From Nanobdellati archaeon (GTDB lineage: Archaea > EX4484-52 > GLR71), in NCBI GenBank assembly GCA_019429005.1, contig JAHYJR010000001.1, forward strand, positions 223,048-287,047: 64,000 nucleotides of DNA. Reading direction: 5' to 3'. Below are positions 49,921-61,494 of this stretch, one piece after another; positions within the stretch are counted from its first letter, which is position 1; each line of letters opens with the position of its first letter. A program made the translations under genes and the position numbers. The notes under the pieces are model-generated. The model made no database searches. It was not told the origin of the DNA and worked only from the letters and a program-made list of their open reading frames with translations.

Positions 49921-52850
49921 TTGCACAGATGTTTTTTCGGATTGTTAGTATTAGTGGACTGAATACGTTACCGCACTTACATCCCTAACCTATTAAACCT
50001 GTCTTCTTCAGGTATCCTATATCTATTTTTAAGGGTTGATTCAGGCTTAGATGCTGTCAGCCTTTATCAGTTATGGCGTAGCTACTCAGCATGCCCTGTT
50101 GGACAACTGATGCACCAGAGGCCACGATTCCATGTTCCTTTCGTACTGGTGGAACCTTCCTCTCAGATATTTTACACTTCTAGCAGATAGTAACCAAACT
50201 GGCTCGCGCCGTTCTAAACCCAGCTCACGATCCTCTTTAATGGGTGAACACCCCCACCCTTGGCTGCTTGTGCACAGCCAGGATGAGAAGAGCCGACAGC
50301 GAAGTAGCAAGCCTGGAGGTCGATATGAACTCTCGCTCCAGACAACTCAGTTATCCCCGGGGTAGCTTTTCTGTCACCTAAAGGCCTCAGAAAAAAGCCA
50401 TTTAGGATCGTTAGGCCACGCTTTCGCGGCAAGATTCTTCGTTGATCAGAATCCTATCAGACATACTTTTACCCTTACGCTCTACGACCGATTTCTGTCC
50501 GGTCTGAGTATATCATTGGGCACTCCTGATTTATTATTAGGAGTGTACCGCCCCAGTCAAACTGCCCATCAGTAGTTGTCCTCTTATAGAGTGAGAAACA
50601 CGATTCGAAAAGGGTAGTGTTACATTGTTGACTCCATATACATTGGCATGTATACTTCGATGTCTCCTACCTACACTATACAATTCAAACTATGTTTCAG
50701 CTACAGACTGCAGTAAAGCTCCACGGGGTCTCCACTTCCCGCTAGAAGTCTCTAGCTTGTGCACTAGAATGGCGGGTTCGCCAGGTTCCAGTCTAAGACA
50801 GTGGGGATCTCGTTACTCCATTGAAGCAGGTCGACAATTAATCGACAAGGGATTACGCTACCTTAAGATCGTCATAGTTACGACCGCCGTTTACCAGAGT
50901 TTATATCGGTTGAACCCGAATTTCACTTACTGGCACTGGGCAGGAGTCACTGACTGTACAAATCCTTACGGACTAGCAGTCAGCTATGTTTTTACTAAAC
51001 AGTCGGACCCCCCTTGACATTGAAATCTACAGTTCTTATTAAAAATAAGGCTATAGACACTCCTTATACCGAAGGTACGGAGCTAATTTGCTGAATTCCT
51101 TAGACTCGGATTCTCCTGAACGCCTTAGATTACTAATCTAGGGGCACCTGTGATGGTTCTCGGTACGATTACAAAAAATCCTTTTTAGTTTCTTTTTCAC
51201 GGACTCCAAGATTCTCCTGAATTCTCCATAAGGAGAACTATTCTTGATTTCACCTACTTCTCGTCATTACGACTCTCCATAGGTTTATACAATTAACATA
51301 AGCTTGCGCTCGTGTCAAGATATCTGGAAGTGTCAGAAACTAAACTAGCGTTGCCGCACGTATTTTTGTAGTACAGGAATATTAACCTGTTTCCCTTTCT
51401 TGGATGACAATTTACAGATCCAATTAGGATCGACTAACTCCCAGTTGACGAACATTGCTGGGAAAACCTAGCCCTTATGGCGATCGGGATTCTCACCCGA
51501 CGTTATTGCTACTACCGACGAGATTCTCTATTAAAAAAGGTCCACAGGATCTTACAACCCTGCTTCTACCCTATTATAATGCCTTCTTACTGAATCACAT
51601 CTTAAAAGATGTGCCCTAAAGTATCGGTGATTTACTTTAGCCCCGTCCATTTACGACGCCCTAAACCTAGATAGGTGAGCTATTACGCTTTCTTTAAAGG
51701 ATAGCTGCTTCTAAGCTTACCTCCCTATTGTTTTAGGTCTAAGACTATCTTACGATTACACTTAGTAAATACTTTGGGACCTTAACTTTAGCCTGAGTTG
51801 TCCCTCTCTAGGATACCGAGCTTACCCCGGCACCCTCACTTCTGGCTTCTACAATGTTTTTGGATTCGGAGTTTGGCAGAACACCGACCGGTTTCCCAGC
51901 CTAAATGCTCAATCAGTATCTCTACCCCAAAAACTATCTCCACCAAAGCTGAGCTACGGCACATTTCAGAAGGAACCTGCTATTGCCAGGTTCGATTGGC
52001 TTTTCACCCCTTACCCCAGGTTACCCGAATACACAATAATACCGGTTCAGACCTCCATGCAGTTTTCACCACACTTCATCTTACCCAGGGCAAGATCACC
52101 TGGCTTCAGGTGGTACACCCGTGATTAATCGCGCTATTAACACGACATCCCTCACATGCAAGCATGCTGCGGATTTTTGGTTTCCCTCTGGCTTCGAAAT
52201 TACATTTCTTAACCTCACCACGAATGTACACTCCTCGTCCCGTTTTTCGAAACGTACAATATAACTCTGTGATCAAATCACTTTTAAGCCATATATGTCT
52301 ATAACCATACAGTTTCAGGTTCTTTTCACTTCCCGCTAAGGATACTTTTCAACTTTCCCTCACGGTACTTAGTCCACTATCGGTCTCAGTTAATGTTTAG
52401 GTTTAGGAGTTTCTGACTCCTATATTCCACCAGGAATTCCAACCTAGTGTACTCTTTTTCAGAAGCAATCTTTTACAAACTCATCTACGGGACTATCACC
52501 CTTTATAGTATGCCGTTCCAGACAACTTTGACGATCTGTATGAAGACTGTATTCTTCTGATACCACATTTCCCTAATATTTCTAATAGGGATTCGGCTTG
52601 ACCTCTACCGTGTTCGATCGACTTTACTAACGGCATCGTTTTTACTTTCTTTTCCTGCGGGTACTAAGATGATTCAATTCTCCGCGTTTCTCTTCCCTAA
52701 TGGGAATACTCTTACGAGTTAGATGCTTATTCGGAAATCTCTGGATCACAGACTACGTGCGTCTACCCAAAGCTTATCGCAGCTTGTCACGTCCTTCATC
52801 AGTTACCTGAGCCGAGCCATCCCCTGTATGGCGTTGCAACATCTGTGCAA
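49921..52850 (-). rRNA. 23S rRNA (ends approximate)
   Basis: Reverse complement of conserved PTC, A-loop and sarcin-ricin (AGTACGAAAGGAAC) sequences; terminal helix TTGCACAGATGTT/AACATCTGTGCAA flanked by a BHB processing stem. Confidence 0.97.
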
Positions 52851-53018
52851 ATTACTTAAATTAGACCTATGATTCGCATTTCACAATCCTGACTGATTGC
52901 GATTGAAACCAACCTATATTTTCATATAGATTGATGTTAACTTGATTTTATGAATTTGTTAACTATTTTTATTTTGGTTTATGTTAACTATGAATGCTTT
53001 GTTAACTATGATGTTAAA

Positions 53019-53127
53019 TGGACCCTGCGCGATTTGTTCAGTAGATTTGTTTTAAAAACAAAATCTTCTTTTGAACGCGCGGCCTCCGCCTTGCAAGGGC
53101 GGCGATCTACCACTGATCTAAGGGCCC
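53019..53127 (-). tRNA. tRNA-Ala(TGC) in the 16S-23S spacer with a 37-nt T-loop intron (53034-53070)
   Basis: GGGCCCT...CCGCC CT TGC AA GGCGG...GCGCG TTCAA^[intron]^AT CGCGC AGGGTCC-A; G3:U70 present. Confidence 0.93.
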
Positions 53128-53220
53128 ATAATATAATGGTATATTATGTTTTTTGGAAGGAATATAGTGCTCGATTAAACCTTGTTTAAGGGTTTTTGAC
53201 TTCCCTATTTTTTATTCCAT

Positions 53221-54693
<1,473 letters not shown>

Positions 54694-54888
54694 TGGCAAG
54701 GTTTAATCGAGTTTCACTTTCCTTCTTCTGGCTTATAAATATAAGCCAACATGATATTCCAATATAGTGGATATGTATACCTCATAGGAATTCAGTATGA
54801 CACAACTATACTTGGTCTGTTTTGTTGTATTTAGAACTCATTTACGGATTTGTAAATGATAGAACAATACTCATTTTTATATCAAATC

Positions 54889-54903
54889 TTTATATATCTT
54901 TTC
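54889..54903 (-). promoter_or_regulatory. Putative BRE/TATA promoter of the rRNA operon
   Basis: Minus strand GAAAAG-ATATATAAA about 200 nt upstream of 16S. Confidence 0.45.
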
Positions 54904-55019
54904 AGTGATTTGATGTGTTTTTTTGTATTCTTTTTGTATTACTTTAATCTGCTCTGTAACTTTATATATGTATCAGTTCTATGTCTGTTTTTTGAATATT
55001 TTTTGTGGTTTTATAAAAG

Positions 55020-55093
55020 GGCGGGGACCGGGATTTGAACCCGGGTTTGAAGATCCACAGTCTTCAAGCATAACCAACTAGCTCACCCTCGCC
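55020..55093 (-). tRNA. tRNA-His(GTG), G-1 encoded
   Basis: GAAGA CT GTG GA TCTTC; G-1:C73; one A-C mismatch in the acceptor stem. Confidence 0.92.
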
Positions 55094-55294
55094 ATAATAT
55101 TGTATGTTATATATTAAGTTGATTAAATCTTTTTATTATTGCTTGTTTTTATATATTATTTATGTTTTTATACTTTATTTAACTTTATTTTTGATTATTT
55201 TTAATTATGTTTTTATCATTTGATTTTAAATTATATATTATATGTTTTATTTTATTGTTTATTTCTCAAAAAATTAGTTGTCTAAAAAGATTTA

Positions 55295-55636
55295 TTAAAA
55301 TAAATCTGGATTTTGTTCTTTGTATAGCTCTATAGTCCTACCTAATTCTTGAAATGTATCAAAACTTTGTTCGGCTATACAATCATTCATCATATTTTCT
55401 TTTGCTCTTAATACTCGTTCATAGTCTTTTTTAGTTATTATTGGTTCAATATCTGCTGGATTTTGTTTTTCATATAAATCTATAGTTTTACCAAACGCTT
55501 GAAATGCCCCATAACCTTGTTCTGCTATACAATCTGTTATCATAGATTCTCTTGCATAAATAGCAGATCCATAGTCTTCTTTAGTTATTATTGGTTCTTA
55601 TGAACCTTTTCCAAAAAAATATTTTAATATTGACAT
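55295..55636 (-). pseudogene. Two-repeat small protein gene with an early in-frame stop
   Basis: MSILKYFFGKGS*EPIITKEDY...DCIAEQ...YEKQNP / EPIITKKDY...DCIAEQ...YKEQNP; TAA at 55600-55598. Confidence 0.7.
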
Positions 55637-56006
55637 TTTGTATTATCTCCTATAATTTGTATTTTTTGTTATATATTAATAATGATACTATTTATTAGTG
55701 ATTAATAAATATAAACCTTTTATTTTACTTATATTTTCTAATCTGTTTTATCTCTGTTTAAATTAGTTTTATATCTATATTGTATCTGGATTTAATTGAG
55801 AATTCGTTTTTGTATTTAAAATGTTTTACTTTTGAATTATAATTATTTAAATGTGTTTTATATATTATAATTATATATTCTTTTTATTATTGTTTTTCTG
55901 TTTTTATAAAATTAATTCTTATTAAAACATATTATTTGTTTTCTATTAGTTTGATTTTTAATGGTGATTCCAATTGTGCTATTTGTGTAAATGAACCTAT
56001 TTCAGT

Positions 56007-56228
56007 TTAATTTATAATAATTTTATACTTTTTTGATTGTGTTGTACCTTCACGAAGTCTATAAATTGTTTTCAATATATCTCATAATGGCGATGTTATT
56101 TCTGGTGTTAATAAGTGTGCAGATAATTCCCCAACTGACATATTATTAGGTACTTTGAATTTGTGTCCTGTTTCAAATTCAATTATAACTGTATTTTTAT
56201 CACCTAAAGAATCCTCTGTAATTGTCAT
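56007..56228 (-). pseudogene. Possible small or interrupted hypothetical gene
   Basis: 48-aa ORF to TGA at 56084-82; the frame stays open for 24 more codons. Confidence 0.3.
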
Positions 56229-56289
56229 ACATTTATCTTGATTCTATTTTATATAAATAATATTGTTATATATAGTTTTTAAGAATTAG

Positions 56290-56375
56290 TGCAGGGGAAG
56301 GGATTTGAACCCTCGTACCTACTAAAGGACTGAGTCCTAAGCCCAGCGCCGTTGACCAGGCTTGGCGACCCCTGC
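56290..56375 (-). tRNA. tRNA-Leu(TAG)
   Basis: GCAGGGG...CTGGG CT TAG GA CTCAG, long variable arm, GTTCAAATC...CCCCTGC-A. Confidence 0.95.
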
Positions 56376-56480
56376 ATTATCATGTTTATTGTATTGTTAA
56401 TTAAAATTAAATATAATGTATAACTTTTATATCTTTTATCCTATTGTTATATGTTTTGTATTGTCTATATAAGAATAAAA

Positions 56481-56759
56481 TGGTGCTCCCGCCGGGATTT
56501 TCACGACGACTTTATACAAAAGTTGATTACTTAAGCAACTCTGTGTTAATACACAGGTGGTTAGTAATCAGGTACTCCATTTACACAGATTTGATAATTA
56601 ATATTGATTTTCATCAACTTGTTTAATATTAACTGTGTATTGGTGGAGAACCTGTCGATTTGAACCCGAGTCCTCGGCTATCTTTGGCATACTATCCGTT
56701 GGGACAGACACCTAAGCCACGAAAGGCCGAAATGATTGGCCGGTCTACACTACAGGAGC
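56481..56759 (-). tRNA. tRNA-Glu(TTC) with two introns: 40 nt at 37/38 (56680-56719) and 161 nt at 59/60 (56498-56658); CCA encoded
   Basis: Exons 56759-56720, 56679-56659 and 56497-56481 join into a complete cloverleaf; BHB TTCA-AAT / TGAA-AAT at the second intron. Confidence 0.9.
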
Positions 56760-56773
56760 ACACGATTATGTTT

Positions 56774-56977
56774 TTATGCTTTATTTATTTTAAATTGTGC
56801 GATATCATCTATTAAGTCTATGTGTGTTATAAACATATTTCTGCAACAATATCTTGTTATTTTTAATTCATCAAGCACTAGTTTTGGATTCTCTTTTTTA
56901 CTTACTTTGTCTGTGAACTTTTCCCATTTACCTGCAATTGGAGTCCCACATGTTATACATCTTATTGGTATCATCAT
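56774..56977 (-). CDS. rpoN: RNA polymerase subunit N (Rpo10)
   Basis: MIPIRCITCG...LDEL..TRYCCR.M...H.D. Confidence 0.97.
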   Translation of the reverse strand: MMIPIRCITCGTPIAGKWEKFTDKVSKKENPKLVLDELKITRYCCRNMFITHIDLIDDIAQFKINKA

Positions 56978-56984
56978 TTGGATC

Positions 56985-57389
56985 TTACCTCTTACTTGAC
57001 TGTCTCTTTGCTCTTGGTCCTTGACTAGAACTTGATTGTTTGTGTGGTTCTGTTCTTCTAGGATCATAAACTAATAAGCTTCTATCATACTGTATGAACA
57101 TGTTTTTTATGGCATCGTCTTTTGTAATTCCAACGATACCTCTTGCAATAGCTTGTCTTGCAGCCTCAACTTGGCTAGTAATACCACCACCATTTGTTAT
57201 GATGTTTGCATCTATTGTATTTGCAAGGTTTCCACTGAGTAACAATGGTTCCATAATTTTGAGTTTTAAGAATTCTGGCTCAAATACATTTAGGTTTATT
57301 TTATTTATTCTGATAGTACCTGTACCTTTCTTGATTATTGCTCTTGCAACAGCTTTCTTTCTTTTACCCGTTGTATGTATTGAATCCAT
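56985..57389 (-). CDS. rps9: 30S ribosomal protein uS9
   Basis: GKRKKAVARA, GGG...Q..A.RQAIARG, YDRSLLV.DPRR.E, GPRAKRQ.S.R. Confidence 0.97.
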   Translation of the reverse strand: MDSIHTTGKRKKAVARAIIKKGTGTIRINKINLNVFEPEFLKLKIMEPLLLSGNLANTIDANIITNGGGITSQVEAARQAIARGIVGITKDDAIKNMFIQYDRSLLVYDPRRTEPHKQSSSSQGPRAKRQSSKR

Positions 57390-57397
57390 AATTATCA

Positions 57398-57814
57398 CTA
57401 TATTTTAGCACCAAGCCATTCTGTAATTTCAAGAATTGTCATGTATTTTTTATTTTTAAGTTTATCTTTATGTAATTCTTCAAATTTTTCAGTATCGCCT
57501 TTTACATTTTCTGGTTGACCTATATAAACTTTAAGTCTTTTATATGCTGCTTGACCTGAACTTTTTTTGATTGGCAACATTCCTCTAACTGATCTTCTAA
57601 CCATTTTATCCGCATCTCTAGGTTGGAAAGGCCCTGTCGCAGGATGACCTCGTTCTCTTCGGGTTTTACATTTATCAAATATGTCTTTTTTAGATCCTGT
57701 TATAATCATTTTTTCAGCATTTATAATTGTGATTTCTTCACCATTTAAAAGTCTTTTTGCAATGATTGATGCTGTTCTTCCTACTATTGTGTCTGTACCG
57801 TCTATTATAATCAT
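57398..57814 (-). CDS. rpl13: 50S ribosomal protein uL13
   Basis: IIDG....GR.AS..AK.LL.G...INAEK..ITG, GP..PR, RR.VRGMLP. Confidence 0.97.
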   Translation of the reverse strand: MIIIDGTDTIVGRTASIIAKRLLNGEEITIINAEKMIITGSKKDIFDKCKTRRERGHPATGPFQPRDADKMVRRSVRGMLPIKKSSGQAAYKRLKVYIGQPENVKGDTEKFEELHKDKLKNKKYMTILEITEWLGAKI

Positions 57815-57833
57815 AAATATCAACAAATCAAAT

Positions 57834-58199
57834 TCAAGCAAGTATTTTTATATTTTTCCCCTTTGGGTTCTGTTTAATCATTTCTTGCAGTGTTATATAT
57901 GTGCTTTTTGCATCATTAATCTTTTTAATTGCAGATTCTGATGCATTCCATGCCGAAATTGTTACTTCTTTTGTTAAAGTTCCAACTGCTAGCAATTTTC
58001 CTGGAACAATAACGTAATCGCCTTTATTTGTGTATTTTTCTATTTTTGCGATATTCACAACAGGTCTTATTCTTGAAGATTTATTTAATCTCTCTGCTAT
58101 ATCTTTCCAGATATTAACTTTATTGTCTTTTGATGCTTTTATTAATATATTTACTATATTTTTTGTTATTGGATTTGTAGGTCCTGTTGGTTTTCCCAT
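57834..58199 (-). CDS. rpl18e: 50S ribosomal protein eL18
   Basis: TNP, IW.D.A.RL....R.R..VN..KI, VPGKLL..G, S.SA..KI. Confidence 0.96.
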   Translation of the reverse strand: MGKPTGPTNPITKNIVNILIKASKDNKVNIWKDIAERLNKSSRIRPVVNIAKIEKYTNKGDYVIVPGKLLAVGTLTKEVTISAWNASESAIKKINDAKSTYITLQEMIKQNPKGKNIKILA

Positions 58200-58485
58200 A
58201 AAAAGCTCCTCCTTTTGGTTTCCCTCGCACGGAAATTAGATAATTTCTATACTTAGAGTAAAGAATACTCTCATTAATTAATAAACTGTAATTTAGTTAA
58301 AAAAATAACTTTATATATGTTTTGTACCTTTTGTTATTCTATTTATTTTTGTTTATTTGTATCTGTTTGTTAATTAATTATTGTGTTTTATAATCTTATT
58401 ATATAATTTTATGTTTATGTTGTATTATATGTTTTATTTTTGCTTTTTTTAATTTTTTTATTTTAAATCGGATTATTTTTTCTTT

Positions 58486-58600
58486 TTATCTTATAATTAT
58501 TTATCTTATAATTATTTATCTTATAATTATTTATCTTATAATTATTTATCTTATAATTATTTATCTTATAATTTTTTATCTTATAATTATTTATCTTATA
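58486..58600. repeat. Tandem repeat, about 7.7 x 15 bp (TTATCTTATAATTAT)
   Basis: Seen directly, with one variant unit, in an ~800-bp AT-rich intergenic region. Confidence 0.93.
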
Positions 58601-59004
58601 CGTATTATACAATAATTTATTTTTATTTATTTTATTTTTTCAAATCTATGTCTTGATTTATCTATTAAATATTATCTAAATATATCATATTGTTTATGTT
58701 AATTTTATATGTCTAATTGTTCAGTTAGTATGTACTGAAGTATTGTAATTATCTGAAGGTGTATGTTTTTAAGTTTAAAATGAACTATAATTCACTGAAC
58801 TATTTTTATGTATTTAATATATTTTGATTAAATTCTTGTGTCTTATTGTATCAAATATCTTATTGATGGGCTATATTATTTTGTCATCTTTTTGTGTTTT
58901 ATAATTACGTTTTATTTATTTTATTTGGCTTATTTAAATTTATTTATTGAATTTAAGTCCTTGTGTGATTAAGTTATATATACAATGTTGTTCATATTAA
59001 TCTT

Positions 59005-59769
59005 ATGCGTGTAATCTCTATAGTTTCAGGAAAAGGTGGTGTTGGTAAAACTACTGTTGTCGCAAATCTTGGGACTATTTTGGCTTCAAAATTCAATAAA
59101 AAAGTAATACTTGTTGATTGTAATATAACAACCCCGCATCTTGGTCTATATATGGGTATCCATCAGCATTCTATTACGTTAAATCATTTAATGCGTAACG
59201 AGTCAGAGGTTTCTGAGGCTGTATATGTTCATCCTAGTGGTGCAAAAATAGTACCAGCCTCATTATCTTTGAATGATCTTGATGGTATAGATATGATGCA
59301 TCTTAAATCTGTTGTTAATTCTATTAAAGTAACTTATCCTGATACTGATTTTATAATTTTAGATTGTGCTCCGGGGTTTGGTCGGGAAGCTATGGCAGGT
59401 ATGCGTTCTGGTGATGAGGTTCTTTATGTAACAACGCCTTATTTTCCTATTGTAATTGATATTGTGAAGTGTGTGCATGTTGCAGAAGAACTCAATCTTG
59501 AAAATATTGGTTTACTTATTAATATGAAAAAAAATAATAAACATGAGCTTACAGATGCTGAAATTGGAAATATTACAGAACTTCCTGTTGTTGGTTCGAT
59601 TGCACTTCATCATGATGTATTAAATAGTCTTCATAAAAAGATACCTGTGTGTGTGACCAAACCGAATTCAAAAGTAAGTAAACAATTTATAAAATTAGCG
59701 TCCTTAATAACTGGTGAATCTAGTCCAAAGGTTACGTTTTTAGATACTGTTTTTGGATTATTTGATTGA
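59005..59769 (+). CDS. minD: Second MinD-family ATPase
   Basis: SGKGGVGKTT, DCN.TTPHLG, DCAPG.GRE, C-terminal FLDTVFGLF. Confidence 0.9.
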   Translation: MRVISIVSGKGGVGKTTVVANLGTILASKFNKKVILVDCNITTPHLGLYMGIHQHSITLNHLMRNESEVSEAVYVHPSGAKIVPASLSLNDLDGIDMMHLKSVVNSIKVTYPDTDFIILDCAPGFGREAMAGMRSGDEVLYVTTPYFPIVIDIVKCVHVAEELNLENIGLLINMKKNNKHELTDAEIGNITELPVVGSIALHHDVLNSLHKKIPVCVTKPNSKVSKQFIKLASLITGESSPKVTFLDTVFGLFD

Positions 59770-59824
59770 CTTATTAGATTTTATTGATGTATATTATTTA
59801 TGTTATGTTTATGTGGTTGTTTTT

Positions 59825-60823
59825 ATGGGTGATGATTCGAATATGAAAAAAAAGAATGAATTATCTTGTGATGATGATAAAGATAGTATGATTTATCGCC
59901 TTATCTCTGAAAAGAAGGAACTTGAAGAAAAAAATAAACGTTTTGCATCTATTTTAGAGGTTGTAACGAAAAAGATGTCAACATTAAATTCTAATCCAAC
60001 ACAAGCATTAAATGATAAAGTTATTGACGATTTGGTAAATCGGATATCTTTAAAATTGTCAACACAGAAGTCTAATACAAGTAATGTATTGAATGATGAA
60101 CTTATTGAAGACTTGGTAAATCAGATATCTTTATTAAAAAAACGTGTTAGTTCTATTGAACATATACTAGAAAAAGCAAATATTGAATCAAACTTTGAAC
60201 AAATAAATAAGACTCTTTCTAAATTGAGTCTTGGTTTTGAAACTATTGAAAATAGTTTATCTAGGTTGGATAAAGTTAGTGTTATTGAAAATAAACTTAA
60301 TGATATCGAAGATTTGATTAGGATACACAAACGTACGGGTGATAATCCTTTTGGTATGTTGGGTCGTATTGGTAAAGACTCAAATTCTATTAATATTGAA
60401 GCTCCAATTAGTGCTATGCGTAACAATGTTATATCGCAATCAGCTGTTAGTAGTACTGGTTTAAATCTAATTAATAAAACTGTTGATAATCCCTCTCTTA
60501 ATAACTCTAATCTGAGTGGCACTAATTTGGATAATTCTAACCTTAACAATACAAATCCTAATATTATTACATCTAATGATACTAACTCTAACAAATCAAA
60601 CATTGATAACAATAACACTCTTGATAACTCAAATGTAGATTTAGAAAAATTCAAAGAATTGGATTCTATGGTTGATCTTCTTTCACAACAGATTGATCTT
60701 AATTTAGGTCATAAAGATGTGGTACCTTCAGATCGTCAAGGTATTACTAATTTTTCATCTAAAACTATTTCTGATCTATCAAATCATATGAAATTTCTTG
60801 CAAAAAAACTATATAAATCATAA
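59825..60823 (+). CDS. Coiled-coil protein with an Asn-rich low-complexity region
   Basis: Heptad pattern; internal repeat LND..I.DLVN.ISL; N/S/L pentapeptide-like tract. Confidence 0.7.
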   Translation: MGDDSNMKKKNELSCDDDKDSMIYRLISEKKELEEKNKRFASILEVVTKKMSTLNSNPTQALNDKVIDDLVNRISLKLSTQKSNTSNVLNDELIEDLVNQISLLKKRVSSIEHILEKANIESNFEQINKTLSKLSLGFETIENSLSRLDKVSVIENKLNDIEDLIRIHKRTGDNPFGMLGRIGKDSNSINIEAPISAMRNNVISQSAVSSTGLNLINKTVDNPSLNNSNLSGTNLDNSNLNNTNPNIITSNDTNSNKSNIDNNNTLDNSNVDLEKFKELDSMVDLLSQQIDLNLGHKDVVPSDRQGITNFSSKTISDLSNHMKFLAKKLYKS

Positions 60824-60932
60824 TTCTTTCAAAAAAGTCTATTTTTTAAACACGTTTTAACACATTTACTGCTACTGTTATTTTTACTGATACTTATATC
60901 CGTATATATTTTTCATTGTTTTTTTATCTAAT

Positions 60933-61292
60933 TTAGAATATATCTGTATTTGTATCTTTTTTACGATACTGTTCATTATGTTCATTGAGTTTTTCATTTA
61001 ATTTTTGTATATCTGAATGTAATAATATGACTTCTCGCATGAAAATATCAGCATCATATTTGCTTAATATTTGAATTATGCTCTCAGCATCTTCCATACG
61101 TGTGATTATAAGACCTCTTTGTACCTTTATGTGTGGGTATTTTGTTAAAAAGCCTTCTCGTGTATATGTATATTTTCCTTTATTTGATTTGTCCTTGTAT
61201 CCATAGAATTCTCTACAAAAACGATTGATTTTTGCATGATTATTCTTGTTTGCTACACTGAAAGAGATTAGCACGCCCGTCTGCATTTTCAA
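60933..61292 (-). CDS. Small hypothetical protein (RF.RE.YGY.D.S..GKY.Y.R.G.L motif)
   Basis: 119-aa ORF; predicted beta-alpha-beta pattern. Confidence 0.7.
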   Translation of the reverse strand: MKMQTGVLISFSVANKNNHAKINRFCREFYGYKDKSNKGKYTYTREGFLTKYPHIKVQRGLIITRMEDAESIIQILSKYDADIFMREVILLHSDIQKLNEKLNEHNEQYRKKDTNTDIF

Positions 61293-61494
61293 AACACCTA
61301 TTTTTCTATACTGATACTTGTTATCAGTAGTTTTTATGTCTTTCCTAAACCTTTATTAACTATAAAATCCAATACATCTTATATATTAATATAAGTATAT
61401 ACTTAAATCGAATTTGTCATGAAGATTCGGTATAGTTTACTGTATTATTTGTGTTTTTGCAGCTTTTAAGATATCTATAGATTTGGGAATAAAT

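Noticed and set aside
52935-53017. Repeated TGTTAACT motifs in the tRNA-Ala/23S spacer
   Set aside because: Short, irregularly spaced, in AT-rich spacer; no function can be supported
56498-56658. Hammerhead ribozyme or complete C/D or H/ACA guide in the long tRNA-Glu intron
   Set aside because: CTGATTA does not fit CUGANGA; TGATGA lies in a stem-loop without a matching D box arrangement; no ACA box follows the pocket hairpin
56978-57067. N-terminal extension of RpoN in the ORF track
   Set aside because: Overlaps rps9; the conserved RpoN start MMIPIRC is at 56977
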